Part shown: positions 18,820-27,961 of the stretch, one piece after another
Layout: each line of letters begins with the position of its first letter
Numbering within the stretch: position 1 is the stretch's first letter
Origin: a virus
Lineage: Duplodnaviria > Caudoviricetes
IMG/VR virus record: IMGVR_UViG_3300020042_013092
Location: 1 to 49,772 of that record
DNA: 49,772 nt
Strand: one strand, 5' to 3'
The notes under the pieces: generated by a model
Database searches by the model: none
Told to the model about the DNA's origin: nothing
The model's input: only the letters and a program-made list of their open reading frames with translations
Program-made: the position numbers and the translations under genes

Positions 18820-19665
18820 ATGCTTTTTGACTGTTTTATGTATTTCGACGAGGAAGAACTCCTCGAACTTCGCGTCGAAATGCTCAAGGACATTGTGGAT
18901 GGGTTTATCATCGCAGATGCAAACCTTACATTTAAAGGAGAAAGTAAAGAGTTTACTTGTGTAAATACAATCCGAAAGTTGGGGCTACCGGAAGACAAAA
19001 TTCAAGTTTTGCACTGCGAATTACCTCCTGCTGAGACTCACCCAAATCCTTGGGTGCGCGAGTACGCGCAAAGAGATGCACTCGGTGTGGGTATGAGGAT
19101 GTGCCCTCCTGATTCTTCTTTTTTCTTTAGCGATGTTGACGAAATTCCTAAGCCGGAAGCTTTGCTTCAAGCTGTAGAAGTAGCTAAAGCGAATCCAGAT
19201 CGGTGCCTTCGTTTATCGATGCCTATGTTTTATGGGCGAGGAGATCTTCGGGTTGTTGATCCGAAGGGGGATCCGACAAAACCACCCAATAATTGGACTT
19301 GTGGCACGGTTGTCCTGTTCGATCAGCTGGTTGAGACACCTTCGCAGATCCGAATGAAAGACAACGGTTTAGTCTTCGGGGATTGTGATGCCGGGTGGCA
19401 TTTTTCCTGGATGGGGGACTCTGTTCGGATGAAACGCAAGTTGACCTCTTTCTCACATTGTTATGATGTGATTCCTAACGCCCACGCTCCTGCAGATAGC
19501 CAGGAGATGCTTGATTTTCTGGATACGTATAAAGCCAAAGCGGGTAGTACCGATCCATTAGGCCGATGTGACCACATTTTGCAGGATTACCCCCATGAGC
19601 TTTTACCGAAAGAACTGTTTAAACTAGATAGAGTAAAAACCTACCTCCTTCCGGATAATGGCTGA
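18820..19665 (+). CDS. GT17-like glycosyltransferase (beta-1,4-GlcNAc-transferase/MGAT3-like)
   Basis: FDCFMYFDEEELLELR, TFKG, WVREYAQRD, FSDVDEIP, AGWHFSW, KLTSFSH. Confidence 0.85.
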   Translation: MLFDCFMYFDEEELLELRVEMLKDIVDGFIIADANLTFKGESKEFTCVNTIRKLGLPEDKIQVLHCELPPAETHPNPWVREYAQRDALGVGMRMCPPDSSFFFSDVDEIPKPEALLQAVEVAKANPDRCLRLSMPMFYGRGDLRVVDPKGDPTKPPNNWTCGTVVLFDQLVETPSQIRMKDNGLVFGDCDAGWHFSWMGDSVRMKRKLTSFSHCYDVIPNAHAPADSQEMLDFLDTYKAKAGSTDPLGRCDHILQDYPHELLPKELFKLDRVKTYLLPDNG

Positions 19666-19819
19666 CAAAATGCCCGCTGGTCTTCGTGAGTATCTTGAGA
19701 AAAAGAATGGCAAAGGAGGGGATGACAAGGACACTAAGATGACTAAGCGCAGTGAGGCTCTTAGGAAAGCAAAAAAAGCCAAAGCTAAACGCGAAATGGA
19801 AAACTCAGCTAAACGCTGA
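19658..19819 (+). CDS. Small basic protein (53 aa, not in ORF track)
   Basis: Manual translation: MADKMPAGLREYLEKKNGKGGDDKDTKMTKRSEALRKAKKAKAKREMENSAKR; overlaps the GT17 stop. Confidence 0.65.
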   Translation: MADKMPAGLREYLEKKNGKGGDDKDTKMTKRSEALRKAKKAKAKREMENSAKR

Positions 19820-19843
19820 TATCTTTAAAAAATTGAGGAAGTA

Positions 19844-22075
19844 ATGGCGGACACGTTAGGCGTCAGACAACGTTTCAACGAGATACTAGCTGCTGCCCGG
19901 AATCAAACTCAGGGTAATCAGTCAGCTACTTTGGTCGTTTTGAGTCATATGCAGCAAATGACGCTGTTAATGATCAAAAAAGGCCTCTTTTTCTACTGCG
20001 AACAAGACACCTTTCGTGCCCGCTCAAAGTTTTTAAACAGCCTGCTTGAGTTAAATAAGTTAGATATTCGTTTTCCTGCAATCATTAGAAGCTTTTTGAT
20101 TGATGGGGCGGGGTTGTTTTATTTTCGACCCGATCCAAAACTAAAATATCAAATTTATTTTTTTCCTAAGGATCAGTACCGTGTTTATCACGATGTAAAC
20201 GGAAATATAAATGAAGTTGTGATTACGTACAGCTATAAAGTTCGTAATTCTAGTTTAGGAATGCCTTCCGATTCCTATGGGCTTAATAACAGGTATGTAC
20301 GTATCTCTATTACCGATAAAAATATAACAGAGTATGAATCAAACACTCAGTTAAGTTTTGAGTTAGAGCCGGGCTCAGTTTTAAACCCCAAAACTTCCCG
20401 TCCAAATACTCTTGGTTTTATACCAGCGGTGGAGGTTTTAAATAAACCTAACGCTAGCGGGACAGAGGGAGAGGGAGATTTCGATCCCTTCATGGAGCAG
20501 ATTGTGCTTCATGACCAAATGATGCGGAACATCGCTAAGAATATTGAGTTCTTTGGTAATCCCACTTTAATTAGTTCTCGGCCACGATCAGACCTTATAG
20601 AGGCTTCAGACGCCGATCGTACGTTTAGGCCTACCATCAGTAGCCAAAGTGGTTTCGGAGGCAGAGATAGCCCTTCTACTCGAGTATCAGAGCCTTTTGG
20701 TTCTAACTCTTCACTAGGAGGCTTACGTGTTCCTCGTATTATTGCAAACGTAGAGCCTAACGACCGTGTGGGCTACATGTCTCCTGACCCGATTAACGGG
20801 GACATGAATCGTTATGCTCTTTTATTAAGGGAAGAGATTAGGACTGCATTAGGAGGCGTAGATGAAATTTCAGTTTCTGCTGGTGCGACCGCCACAGAGA
20901 TTAAAGGTTTGATGGGTAGGGCGCAAGCCACTGCTTTAGGAAAAAATAAGAGTTTCTTAACATATGGTTTCTGCCGCTTGCTTGAGATGATTATTTATCA
21001 TCAAGAGCAAATTTTTAGAGAGAGTTTTATTGCTGTAACAGGGTTAAAAGTTCCTGTTGAACCTCAAGAGAAAGATGTAGAAAAGGAGAAAAAATATTCC
21101 ATTGATCTAGCAAAATTTGAAACTGTAGTTTCGACTTCAATTCAAGAGTCTTTAAACAATAATGCTCTGCCTAATGGAGTTTTTGGCCTTCCACCTGACG
21201 GTGAGAGGCAGGTTACGTACAGGTTCCAAGGTGATGTTTATGAGGATACAGCGTATGACATAAATCAAAAATCCATTGTTGTCAGAAACCTTCAAGAGCT
21301 AGGTGTGGACAGCGTTGAAGCGCTTAAATACTTATTCCCTGATAAGACAGATGCTGAACGTTCTGAAATGCTAAAAGGGTTTCCTTTTAGAATGGTTCAA
21401 CAAACACAAAGCGCATTACAACAATTTTTAGTATTATTAACACAGATGTTGCAAACGCCTCATCCGTTAGCGCCGGATCAACCCCTCGGGAGCGATCCAC
21501 GCCTTAACCTAACGCCCCTGTTGTACAGGACGTTTGACCACCTTGCACAAGAACTGACTTTCTCGGGTAGTTATGAGCCAGCAGATCCAAGCTTCAATCC
21601 CGAGCCCGGCTTCCCCGGCGGTAGCAGCCTCCCAGGCGGCTCCCCTGGATCAGGGCTCAACCGCCTACCCCCAGTGGGTAACAGCTACCCAGGGGGTAGC
21701 TTCGGCAGTTACAGCCCAAGCGCCATCGCAGGGAACACTCCCAACGGGCCCTTCTACCAGCAACCAGTACAACCAGTTTCCGTCAACGTCCTCCCCGTCC
21801 AACCCATGGGAAGCAGCGATGGGCAGCCTGGAGCGGGTGGTTTCTCGAATGTCCCCGTCCCCCAGCCAGGCAGCACAGTATCCTCAGTACCAAATGGTGC
21901 CGCAGGATACTCAACAGTACAGTCAGAATTTACAAGCCCAACCGTGGCAAACACAAACCCCTACGGCTCCGCAGACCTCGTACAACAACGGATCTACAAC
22001 CCAGAGTTCTTATCCGACTTCTACGGCGCAACAACAAACACCCGTCCTCAGCGACGAAACCGCCGCCGTAGTTAA
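19844..22075 (+). CDS. Portal protein (SPP1 gp6-like) with low-complexity C-terminal extension
   Basis: LGFIPAVEVLN...GEGDFD...KNIEFFGNPTL resembles the SPP1-type portal core; located between terL and the capsid gene. Confidence 0.75.
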   Translation: MADTLGVRQRFNEILAAARNQTQGNQSATLVVLSHMQQMTLLMIKKGLFFYCEQDTFRARSKFLNSLLELNKLDIRFPAIIRSFLIDGAGLFYFRPDPKLKYQIYFFPKDQYRVYHDVNGNINEVVITYSYKVRNSSLGMPSDSYGLNNRYVRISITDKNITEYESNTQLSFELEPGSVLNPKTSRPNTLGFIPAVEVLNKPNASGTEGEGDFDPFMEQIVLHDQMMRNIAKNIEFFGNPTLISSRPRSDLIEASDADRTFRPTISSQSGFGGRDSPSTRVSEPFGSNSSLGGLRVPRIIANVEPNDRVGYMSPDPINGDMNRYALLLREEIRTALGGVDEISVSAGATATEIKGLMGRAQATALGKNKSFLTYGFCRLLEMIIYHQEQIFRESFIAVTGLKVPVEPQEKDVEKEKKYSIDLAKFETVVSTSIQESLNNNALPNGVFGLPPDGERQVTYRFQGDVYEDTAYDINQKSIVVRNLQELGVDSVEALKYLFPDKTDAERSEMLKGFPFRMVQQTQSALQQFLVLLTQMLQTPHPLAPDQPLGSDPRLNLTPLLYRTFDHLAQELTFSGSYEPADPSFNPEPGFPGGSSLPGGSPGSGLNRLPPVGNSYPGGSFGSYSPSAIAGNTPNGPFYQQPVQPVSVNVLPVQPMGSSDGQPGAGGFSNVPVPQPGSTVSSVPNGAAGYSTVQSEFTSPTVANTNPYGSADLVQQRIYNPEFLSDFYGATTNTRPQRRNRRRS

Positions 22076-22490
22076 TCACTTTGGTATTGAAGCGCCTGCT
22101 GTTCTAAATCAGTATGCCACTACGCTGGAAGATGCTCTCATCCAGCAAGATAGGGCGCTAAACACTGTGGCCCACAGGGCTCAGGCGATGGAAGTAATTC
22201 TCACCGATCCTGACCAGTTGGCTGACTATACTAACCGATTCTTTACTGAGGTTTATCCCGTAGATATGGATTCTCCCGCTCGAGTAGAAAACGCTTATCA
22301 ACCTCGTTACGACCAGCTACCTGCTGTTCCCGCAGCATCTAGTTCAGCTGGTAACCGCGTGGATCCTGATTCTCAGTGGCAAGGGTTTAGTCAAACCATG
22401 AATCAAGCGCCTGACCAAGCTTGGCGTTATTTGTCGCAAATGAGCCCTGAAGCTATACGTAGCAAGCTCTTGTTTATGGACGCAAGCTGA
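21573..22490 (+). CDS. Putative capsid scaffolding/assembly protein
   Basis: Q/P/S/A-rich N-terminus and helical C-terminus; between portal and capsid; overlaps the portal by 503 bp in another frame. Confidence 0.65.
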   Translation: MSQQIQASIPSPASPAVAASQAAPLDQGSTAYPQWVTATQGVASAVTAQAPSQGTLPTGPSTSNQYNQFPSTSSPSNPWEAAMGSLERVVSRMSPSPSQAAQYPQYQMVPQDTQQYSQNLQAQPWQTQTPTAPQTSYNNGSTTQSSYPTSTAQQQTPVLSDETAAVVNHFGIEAPAVLNQYATTLEDALIQQDRALNTVAHRAQAMEVILTDPDQLADYTNRFFTEVYPVDMDSPARVENAYQPRYDQLPAVPAASSSAGNRVDPDSQWQGFSQTMNQAPDQAWRYLSQMSPEAIRSKLLFMDAS

Positions 22491-23011
22491 TTTAGGTCAA
22501 GGTTTCGTTTAATAAATCCCGAGTTAATTTAAAGTTGACTTGCAGCTGGCTCCTGCTTAACTTTGCTTGCTGAGCATAGTGCAATAATTTTGCTGTAAAA
22601 AATTACGTAAGGTAAAAAATCGGATGAAAAGCCGAAAGCACATTATTTAAAAGATAAAAGCGTTAGTCAATATCTAAGTTTCCGTTTGCGTCCCACGTAA
22701 GTAAAGAAGTTAGTGAGGAAGCGCAATAAGAGGGAGCAGAGCAGATTTTTGTTTTAGAACTGCTCATTAAAGGAAGTAATTTTTTAAATTGAACAGCTAT
22801 ATAGTCTGATTGTGGCTTAGAAAGCGGTTGCGTAAGCTGAGACGTTGTGGTTGAGCTAGTCACTTGAAAAAAAAGTTAAAAGTTTAAGAAATGTAAAGTT
22901 TTATCTTCGTTTCCTGACTTAATCAGTCTAGTTCGACTTTTATACTTTTGTTTTTTGGTTTTACAAATTACAAGATAAACAGGTACACTGATCTTAAAAG
23001 CGTGTATTTCA

Positions 23012-23200
23012 ATGCCTAACCCGATTGGTCGGAAACGCAGTTCACCTGTTAGTGCAGAAGTAGAGGCTTTGAAGAAAGAGCTTCAAGACCTGAAATCTAT
23101 GTACTTTCAGGATATTAGTAATATCAGTGCAGACATTCAGACTTTAGGTCAACAAGCTCAAAGCACTGAAACACCCTCTGAGACGCCTTCTGAGAGTTAG
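23012..23200 (+). CDS. Small coiled-coil protein
   Basis: EVEALKKELQDLK; upstream TACACT hexamer. Confidence 0.65.
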   Translation: MPNPIGRKRSSPVSAEVEALKKELQDLKSMYFQDISNISADIQTLGQQAQSTETPSETPSES

Positions 23201-23244
23201 TTTTTTTAAACAACTTATAATGGGGGTAATTAACTTTCCCCCTC

Positions 23245-23988
23245 GTGGTTTACACCCCTCTTTTTAATTACAAGTATGATTCTGGTCCGCACCAAATTCA
23301 AAGCGGACCAAATCACGAAGGATTTTTAGTCGTAAGCTCAGGTATTGTAGATTTAGGCGCTGATCTCGGTGTAGTTGTTGCTGGACCACCGAATAGTGGG
23401 GTTTACCGTACAACAGCGTGGCGAGCTGTTCCCCCTGCTGTTTCTGGGTACTGGACAAATAATCTGACTGTCGACTACCAACCCAGTGGTGCTTTTCTGA
23501 GCTCTTATGAAGGATATAGATCATTAAGTACTACCACAATCGCTAACGCAAAAGTTCAAACCTCTTTTGGCCCTGAATGGGGTGTTAGAGACACCGGAAA
23601 GTACACTTATTTTGGAGGTGCTGCTCCATCTGAACAACAGTACAACCCTTATAACACTCCAGATAACAACTCATCTACGGAGGGTTACACTGGGGGTCAA
23701 TCCCTACAGCAACGCTACGCTACTACATTACTAACACATGCAGTTGGAGGTTCAGGTGTCAGAAGTTCCTGGATTTATAACCCTCCTGTTTACTGTCAAA
23801 CTTTTATTGAGACTGTACGTAGTGAAATCCCTGGCTTGATGTCTGATGCTGTTCGTTTTGTATACAGAGGCAAAGCGGCTAAATACGTCTCTAACTACGG
23901 CTCTATTTATCACCAAAGTCCTGAAGGGGTAAGATCTTTAGTTCGTAGCTTTAGTTCGTCAGTTAACTCAAGTAACCAGAAAAACTAA
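23245..23988 (+). CDS. Putative structural protein (Ser/Gly/Tyr-rich)
   Basis: 247-aa ORF immediately upstream of the capsid gene; 7 SG dipeptides. Confidence 0.65.
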   Translation: MVYTPLFNYKYDSGPHQIQSGPNHEGFLVVSSGIVDLGADLGVVVAGPPNSGVYRTTAWRAVPPAVSGYWTNNLTVDYQPSGAFLSSYEGYRSLSTTTIANAKVQTSFGPEWGVRDTGKYTYFGGAAPSEQQYNPYNTPDNNSSTEGYTGGQSLQQRYATTLLTHAVGGSGVRSSWIYNPPVYCQTFIETVRSEIPGLMSDAVRFVYRGKAAKYVSNYGSIYHQSPEGVRSLVRSFSSSVNSSNQKN

Positions 23989-24071
23989 TAACGCTAAAAT
24001 TGCGACAGTCAGTGTGCTATTAGGTTGTTAAATAGTTATATTTAATATGTAGTTTTTCGGAGGTTGGCGCT

Positions 24072-25187
24072 TTGTTCGTCGACAATGATTTTCCGAAGCT
24101 GCTCGGTGCTGAGCTCTACCGTCCGCATCCTGCGTACGTTGTAGAGATGGCTGCGGAACCTGTAGTTGTTCATGACTTCAGTAAGCAACCAGGCCAGACT
24201 GTGCAGCTTGATCGTTACAGGTTCTGGGGAAATCCCGGAAGCAAGGAATCACGTGAGCGTACTGCAGAACAGACCATTGGTACTGCAAACAGCCGCAATA
24301 TCGTGAAGGACAAAGTGCTCGTGACTCTTCGCGAGTACACCGGTCCTGCTGACCCTAGTGATCCTACTCAGGCCAGCACTTTTAAGATTGCTCGCGAAAC
24401 TTTAATTACCGCGCAGCGCCTCTTACTCGATACCGGCAACCTGACTGCATTCCACCAGTCAATTGGCTCCCTTACTCTGCTTGACGATTATCGCCGTTGG
24501 CGTGATCGGGTGTTCATTAATGAACTCCTTAAAGCTGTTTCAAAGGGTCAGTCTTCTGACAGCCAAGGTGGTTACTACTACCCCGGCAGCCTAGCCGTGG
24601 GCAGTTTGACCTACTCCAACGCAGAACAAGCTAAGTTCGACGTTAAGGATGACTTACTCCGCGTGGTTAAAAGCCTGCGTAAGCGTAATGTCCCCACTTA
24701 TCAAGATGGTTTCTATCGCTGTGTTTGCGATCCAACTTTCTTGATGCACTTGCGTCAGAACAGCGACTTCCGCGAGATTGCTCGTTACCCCGGTAATGGG
24801 CAGATCAACCCTCTCATGTCTGCAATGCAGCCTAACGCTGCTATCTACATGGGTCAGGGTTTCGGCCAAGCTAGTTTTGTAGCTGGTGAGCCGATTATGC
24901 CGACTGGCTTTGTATTCGAAGGTGTTCGTTTCTTCGAGTCGACTAACATGCCGACTCAAAGTCAAACTGCCTCCATTGGAGGTAGCAGCACATCCTACGA
25001 GTCAGCAATCGGGATGTTCTTTGGTCCGCAATCTGTTGGAGTAGGCATCGGCGGTAACAACGCCCAGGTTCTACTTAACAACAATGACGATTTCAGTCGT
25101 TTTATCATGATGATTTGGAGCCTGTACGCAGGTTTCGAACTTCTGAACGCTGATTTCGCCACGGTTGCTTATTCCTTTAACGCTTGA
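24072..25187 (+). CDS. Major capsid protein
   Basis: 371 aa with GGAGG RBS and TTG start; C-ending codons suggest high expression; DFSKQPGQTVQLDRY and GFVFEGVRFFESTN fit an HK97-fold capsid. Confidence 0.85.
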   Translation: MFVDNDFPKLLGAELYRPHPAYVVEMAAEPVVVHDFSKQPGQTVQLDRYRFWGNPGSKESRERTAEQTIGTANSRNIVKDKVLVTLREYTGPADPSDPTQASTFKIARETLITAQRLLLDTGNLTAFHQSIGSLTLLDDYRRWRDRVFINELLKAVSKGQSSDSQGGYYYPGSLAVGSLTYSNAEQAKFDVKDDLLRVVKSLRKRNVPTYQDGFYRCVCDPTFLMHLRQNSDFREIARYPGNGQINPLMSAMQPNAAIYMGQGFGQASFVAGEPIMPTGFVFEGVRFFESTNMPTQSQTASIGGSSTSYESAIGMFFGPQSVGVGIGGNNAQVLLNNNDDFSRFIMMIWSLYAGFELLNADFATVAYSFNA

Positions 25188-25201
25188 GGACATAACTAAC
25201 C

Positions 25202-26074
25202 ATGGCAATTAATCCCGCTCAACTCTCAATCGCCAAAATCTATCCTGGGAACTACACCAACGTTCTTAGGTATTGGCACGAAACCAAAACCGTTACTTAT
25301 TTAAATGAGAACGGTACCAGCGAGACTCTCACCAATCAACCTGTTGGTGGCCCCGTTGGTGTAGTGCTCCGTCCCGGTTGGATTGCTCAACAAGCCATCG
25401 GCTATGTTGACCTTTCCTATCAAGCCGCCGGCACCACTAATCAACTCGATTACTACACTAATGCGTATTCTTCGGGTTTAAACAGTTCGAATGCTCCGTT
25501 TCTTAACAGCAACGTTGTCATTCCCTCTCCTGACTTCCACAAGGATGTTAGGGCCGACATCACTAACGGTATTATTGTGCCTTCTGGCGCTTACGTATAC
25601 CGGGCTTCTATCCGTCTTGATGGCGGTGATGTAGTTTCTAGTGGTGTGGGTGGGGGTTCTGCTACTCCGACTCTGGGTCTAGGTCCTGCTGTAAGTGTTG
25701 GTCTTACCGCTACTCCTACAGCTAGTGGCTTCTTCTCCACTCTTGTTGGTGCATCTAGCCGTATTGAAAACGGTTCGTTCAATTCCAGCAATGCCTGGGA
25801 TGCTTCCAAAATGCATGTAGTTACTGCTGACACAACTTATAAGTTGTTTACAGTGGGTAACCTTGGGGGCAACGCAGCTTCGGGTCTCGCCCAAGCTTCT
25901 GGTGTATATGATCCTCGCGCTGCCAATGGCAGGCTCAACGGGAAAGACAAAGCACTCGCTATTTGCGAAGTATGCTGGCTCGTTCCTGATTCAGCTCCTG
26001 AGCGTAGTGATTTGGCTCTCCAGCCTGCTGGTGTTGTTGAATCCAGCATCTATACCAGCACTGTCCCTGCTTAA
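25202..26074 (+). CDS. Putative capsid decoration/minor capsid protein
   Basis: Directly after the MCP with GAGGA RBS and similar codon bias; G/S/T/A-rich; followed by a strong terminator. Confidence 0.7.
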   Translation: MAINPAQLSIAKIYPGNYTNVLRYWHETKTVTYLNENGTSETLTNQPVGGPVGVVLRPGWIAQQAIGYVDLSYQAAGTTNQLDYYTNAYSSGLNSSNAPFLNSNVVIPSPDFHKDVRADITNGIIVPSGAYVYRASIRLDGGDVVSSGVGGGSATPTLGLGPAVSVGLTATPTASGFFSTLVGASSRIENGSFNSSNAWDASKMHVVTADTTYKLFTVGNLGGNAASGLAQASGVYDPRAANGRLNGKDKALAICEVCWLVPDSAPERSDLALQPAGVVESSIYTSTVPA

Positions 26075-26095
26075 TCAAAAGCTCGGTGTGTTTAT

Positions 26096-26123
26096 AAGCC
26101 CCCTCTTTTTGAGGGGGTTTTTT
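26096..26123 (+). terminator. Rho-independent terminator (likely bidirectional)
   Basis: AAGCCCCCTC-TTTTT-GAGGGGGTTT-TTT between convergent genes. Confidence 0.85.
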
Positions 26124-26760
26124 ATTGCGGATTTATCTTTTGTTTTAGTTGCATAAGCCTTTCATCTATAGCTAGGGAAGTAGGTAAATCCTTTGTCTGC
26201 GGGTCCAAACGATCAACGAATGTTCTTGCGTGAGCTTCACTATTAAACCAATCTGCTATACGAGCAGCGTTTTCAATAGCTTTTGAGTCCTCAAAGAGCT
26301 GACCTATTCCTATTTCAGCAGGACCCATAAGCATCCGTGGGTCTGTCCCAGAAATAATAGGGGAACCAAATACTTTTTTTGCATTTCCTCTTTCTTCTTC
26401 GTACCGCCTTGCTTTAGCGAGAGATCTCAATATAATTGGAGCCGCGTTCGATATCCCAACAGGATCTATAATATTTGTAAGCGCTCCTGTTACCCCTACT
26501 GGGAGAGCACGATTAAAACTTTTATTAGGGCTAAAACCTACGCTACGTTGATCTTTATATTCGTTAAACGTGTTGTAGACATCCCCCAGATAAGGGAGGA
26601 GCTTTAAAATATCTCTCGGCCTTACGGCTTTTAACATTTCTAAAGTTGGGGCCAGCAAAGTGACCGCAGACTCAGCGGGTTTTTTCTTCGCTGTGTTATA
26701 GGCATTTCCCAAAAAAGGAATGCCATCAAAAATACCTCCAGCAAATCTGTCAATTGGCAT
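26122..26760 (-). CDS. Hypothetical protein
   Basis: 212-aa ORF opposite to the structural genes; begins MPIDRFAGG. Confidence 0.7.
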   Translation of the reverse strand: MPIDRFAGGIFDGIPFLGNAYNTAKKKPAESAVTLLAPTLEMLKAVRPRDILKLLPYLGDVYNTFNEYKDQRSVGFSPNKSFNRALPVGVTGALTNIIDPVGISNAAPIILRSLAKARRYEEERGNAKKVFGSPIISGTDPRMLMGPAEIGIGQLFEDSKAIENAARIADWFNSEAHARTFVDRLDPQTKDLPTSLAIDERLMQLKQKINPQ

Positions 26761-26820
26761 TTTTAGTCGTATGCTCTACTGGGAGTTTAATGTAAAATTG
26801 TTCAAGATGCTTTTCACATC

Positions 26821-27255
26821 ATGACCGCCATCCAGCTGAAAGAGTTCACCTACTCCCCCAATGGAGTAAAAGTTGAAATTTTAGGAGAGCACGATGAGGG
26901 CGAGTACAAAATGGTTCGCTCGTTAACCACGGGGAAAGTCTTTTTTGCTCACAAGGATCAAGTAATTGAGACTCTTACAGAAGAGAAAATGGATGAAAAA
27001 CAAGTTAAGCAACGCCGTGGACGTCAAATTATTAAGCCTGAGGTACAAGCGTTTAACCGAGTAAATATAAACTCGGCTACTCCTCAGTTGCTTACCCAAG
27101 TACTCAAAGGGATAGGGCTTAAAACGGCTACAGAAATTAAAGAGCTACAGCAATCCCTTCCTGGGGAAAGATTTACCAAGCTGGAACAATTAAAGTCGAT
27201 TTCCAGAGTGGACTGGGATTCTGTTTTAGAAGGTGACATAGCTTATGTCGAGTAA
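26821..27255 (+). CDS. Helix-hairpin-helix (ComEA-like) DNA-binding protein
   Basis: RVNINSATPQLLTQVLKGIGLKTA...FTKLEQLKSI. Confidence 0.8.
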   Translation: MTAIQLKEFTYSPNGVKVEILGEHDEGEYKMVRSLTTGKVFFAHKDQVIETLTEEKMDEKQVKQRRGRQIIKPEVQAFNRVNINSATPQLLTQVLKGIGLKTATEIKELQQSLPGERFTKLEQLKSISRVDWDSVLEGDIAYVE

Positions 27256-27313
27256 ATTTAAAAAATAAGAATTCGATAAAGAGGTAGAATATATTTATCG
27301 CTTAGGGTGAAAG

Positions 27314-27934
27314 TTGGCTCAACTAAGTACACAAGAACTTGAGCAGATCCAGAGTTTTCTGGCTCAACAAGGAGTTGTTTTTCAACCAGATACAACTGAC
27401 GCAACAAAACGTGAAGTTGTATATGCGGCTATAAATCAGCTATCCAGAAACCCTGCTCAGGTTTTTGGTTATCGTTTAGATGATTTTAACTTTAGTCGTG
27501 TTGCTTACCACTTAGGTTTTAATATTGCGACTGTACCTGCAGGTGATTACGCACGGTTAATGGAAGCTTGTAATAGTATTCCTAGTGAGTTCTATTATGA
27601 CAAAATAATACAGCAACTTGAGCGTTGTGAGGAAGCAGAGCGCTTAACAGAACTTGCAACAGGTCGAGCGACTAGTCGTCAAGAACTTATTGCAGGAGAT
27701 GTTAGTCGCTCCATTAATATTCAAGATAAAAGAGAAACGGCAAAAATTTGGCGAGAGAATTATCTGTATGAGTGTGATCGATTGGCTCACATGTTGTACA
27801 TTCCCAATTATCGAGATCCTGTTGCTGCTCGATACCGTTTCGAGCGCAGTGGAGGCGAATTTATACAAGCTATTCCTGGTCCTCCTGATACTTCGAGGGC
27901 GGATAGACTTTATTTCTACTCAAACTGGAGATAG
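27314..27934 (+). CDS. Putative head-tail adaptor/head completion protein
   Basis: Helical 206-aa protein downstream of the capsid module; function is positional inference. Confidence 0.5.
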   Translation: MAQLSTQELEQIQSFLAQQGVVFQPDTTDATKREVVYAAINQLSRNPAQVFGYRLDDFNFSRVAYHLGFNIATVPAGDYARLMEACNSIPSEFYYDKIIQQLERCEEAERLTELATGRATSRQELIAGDVSRSINIQDKRETAKIWRENYLYECDRLAHMLYIPNYRDPVAARYRFERSGGEFIQAIPGPPDTSRADRLYFYSNWR

Positions 27935-27961
27935 AAGCTATAGTACTTTAAGGACTTATAG

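Noticed and set aside
22491-23011. 520-bp gap with a 66-aa minus-strand ORF (22663-22863)
   Set aside because: GTG start, no recognisable motif, and no convincing hairpin or repeat; may be a small or decayed gene but cannot be supported.
26821-27255. PsbU photosystem II protein
   Set aside because: Shares only the HhH-like fold; there is no signal peptide and the KGIG hairpin fits a ComEA-type HhH better.
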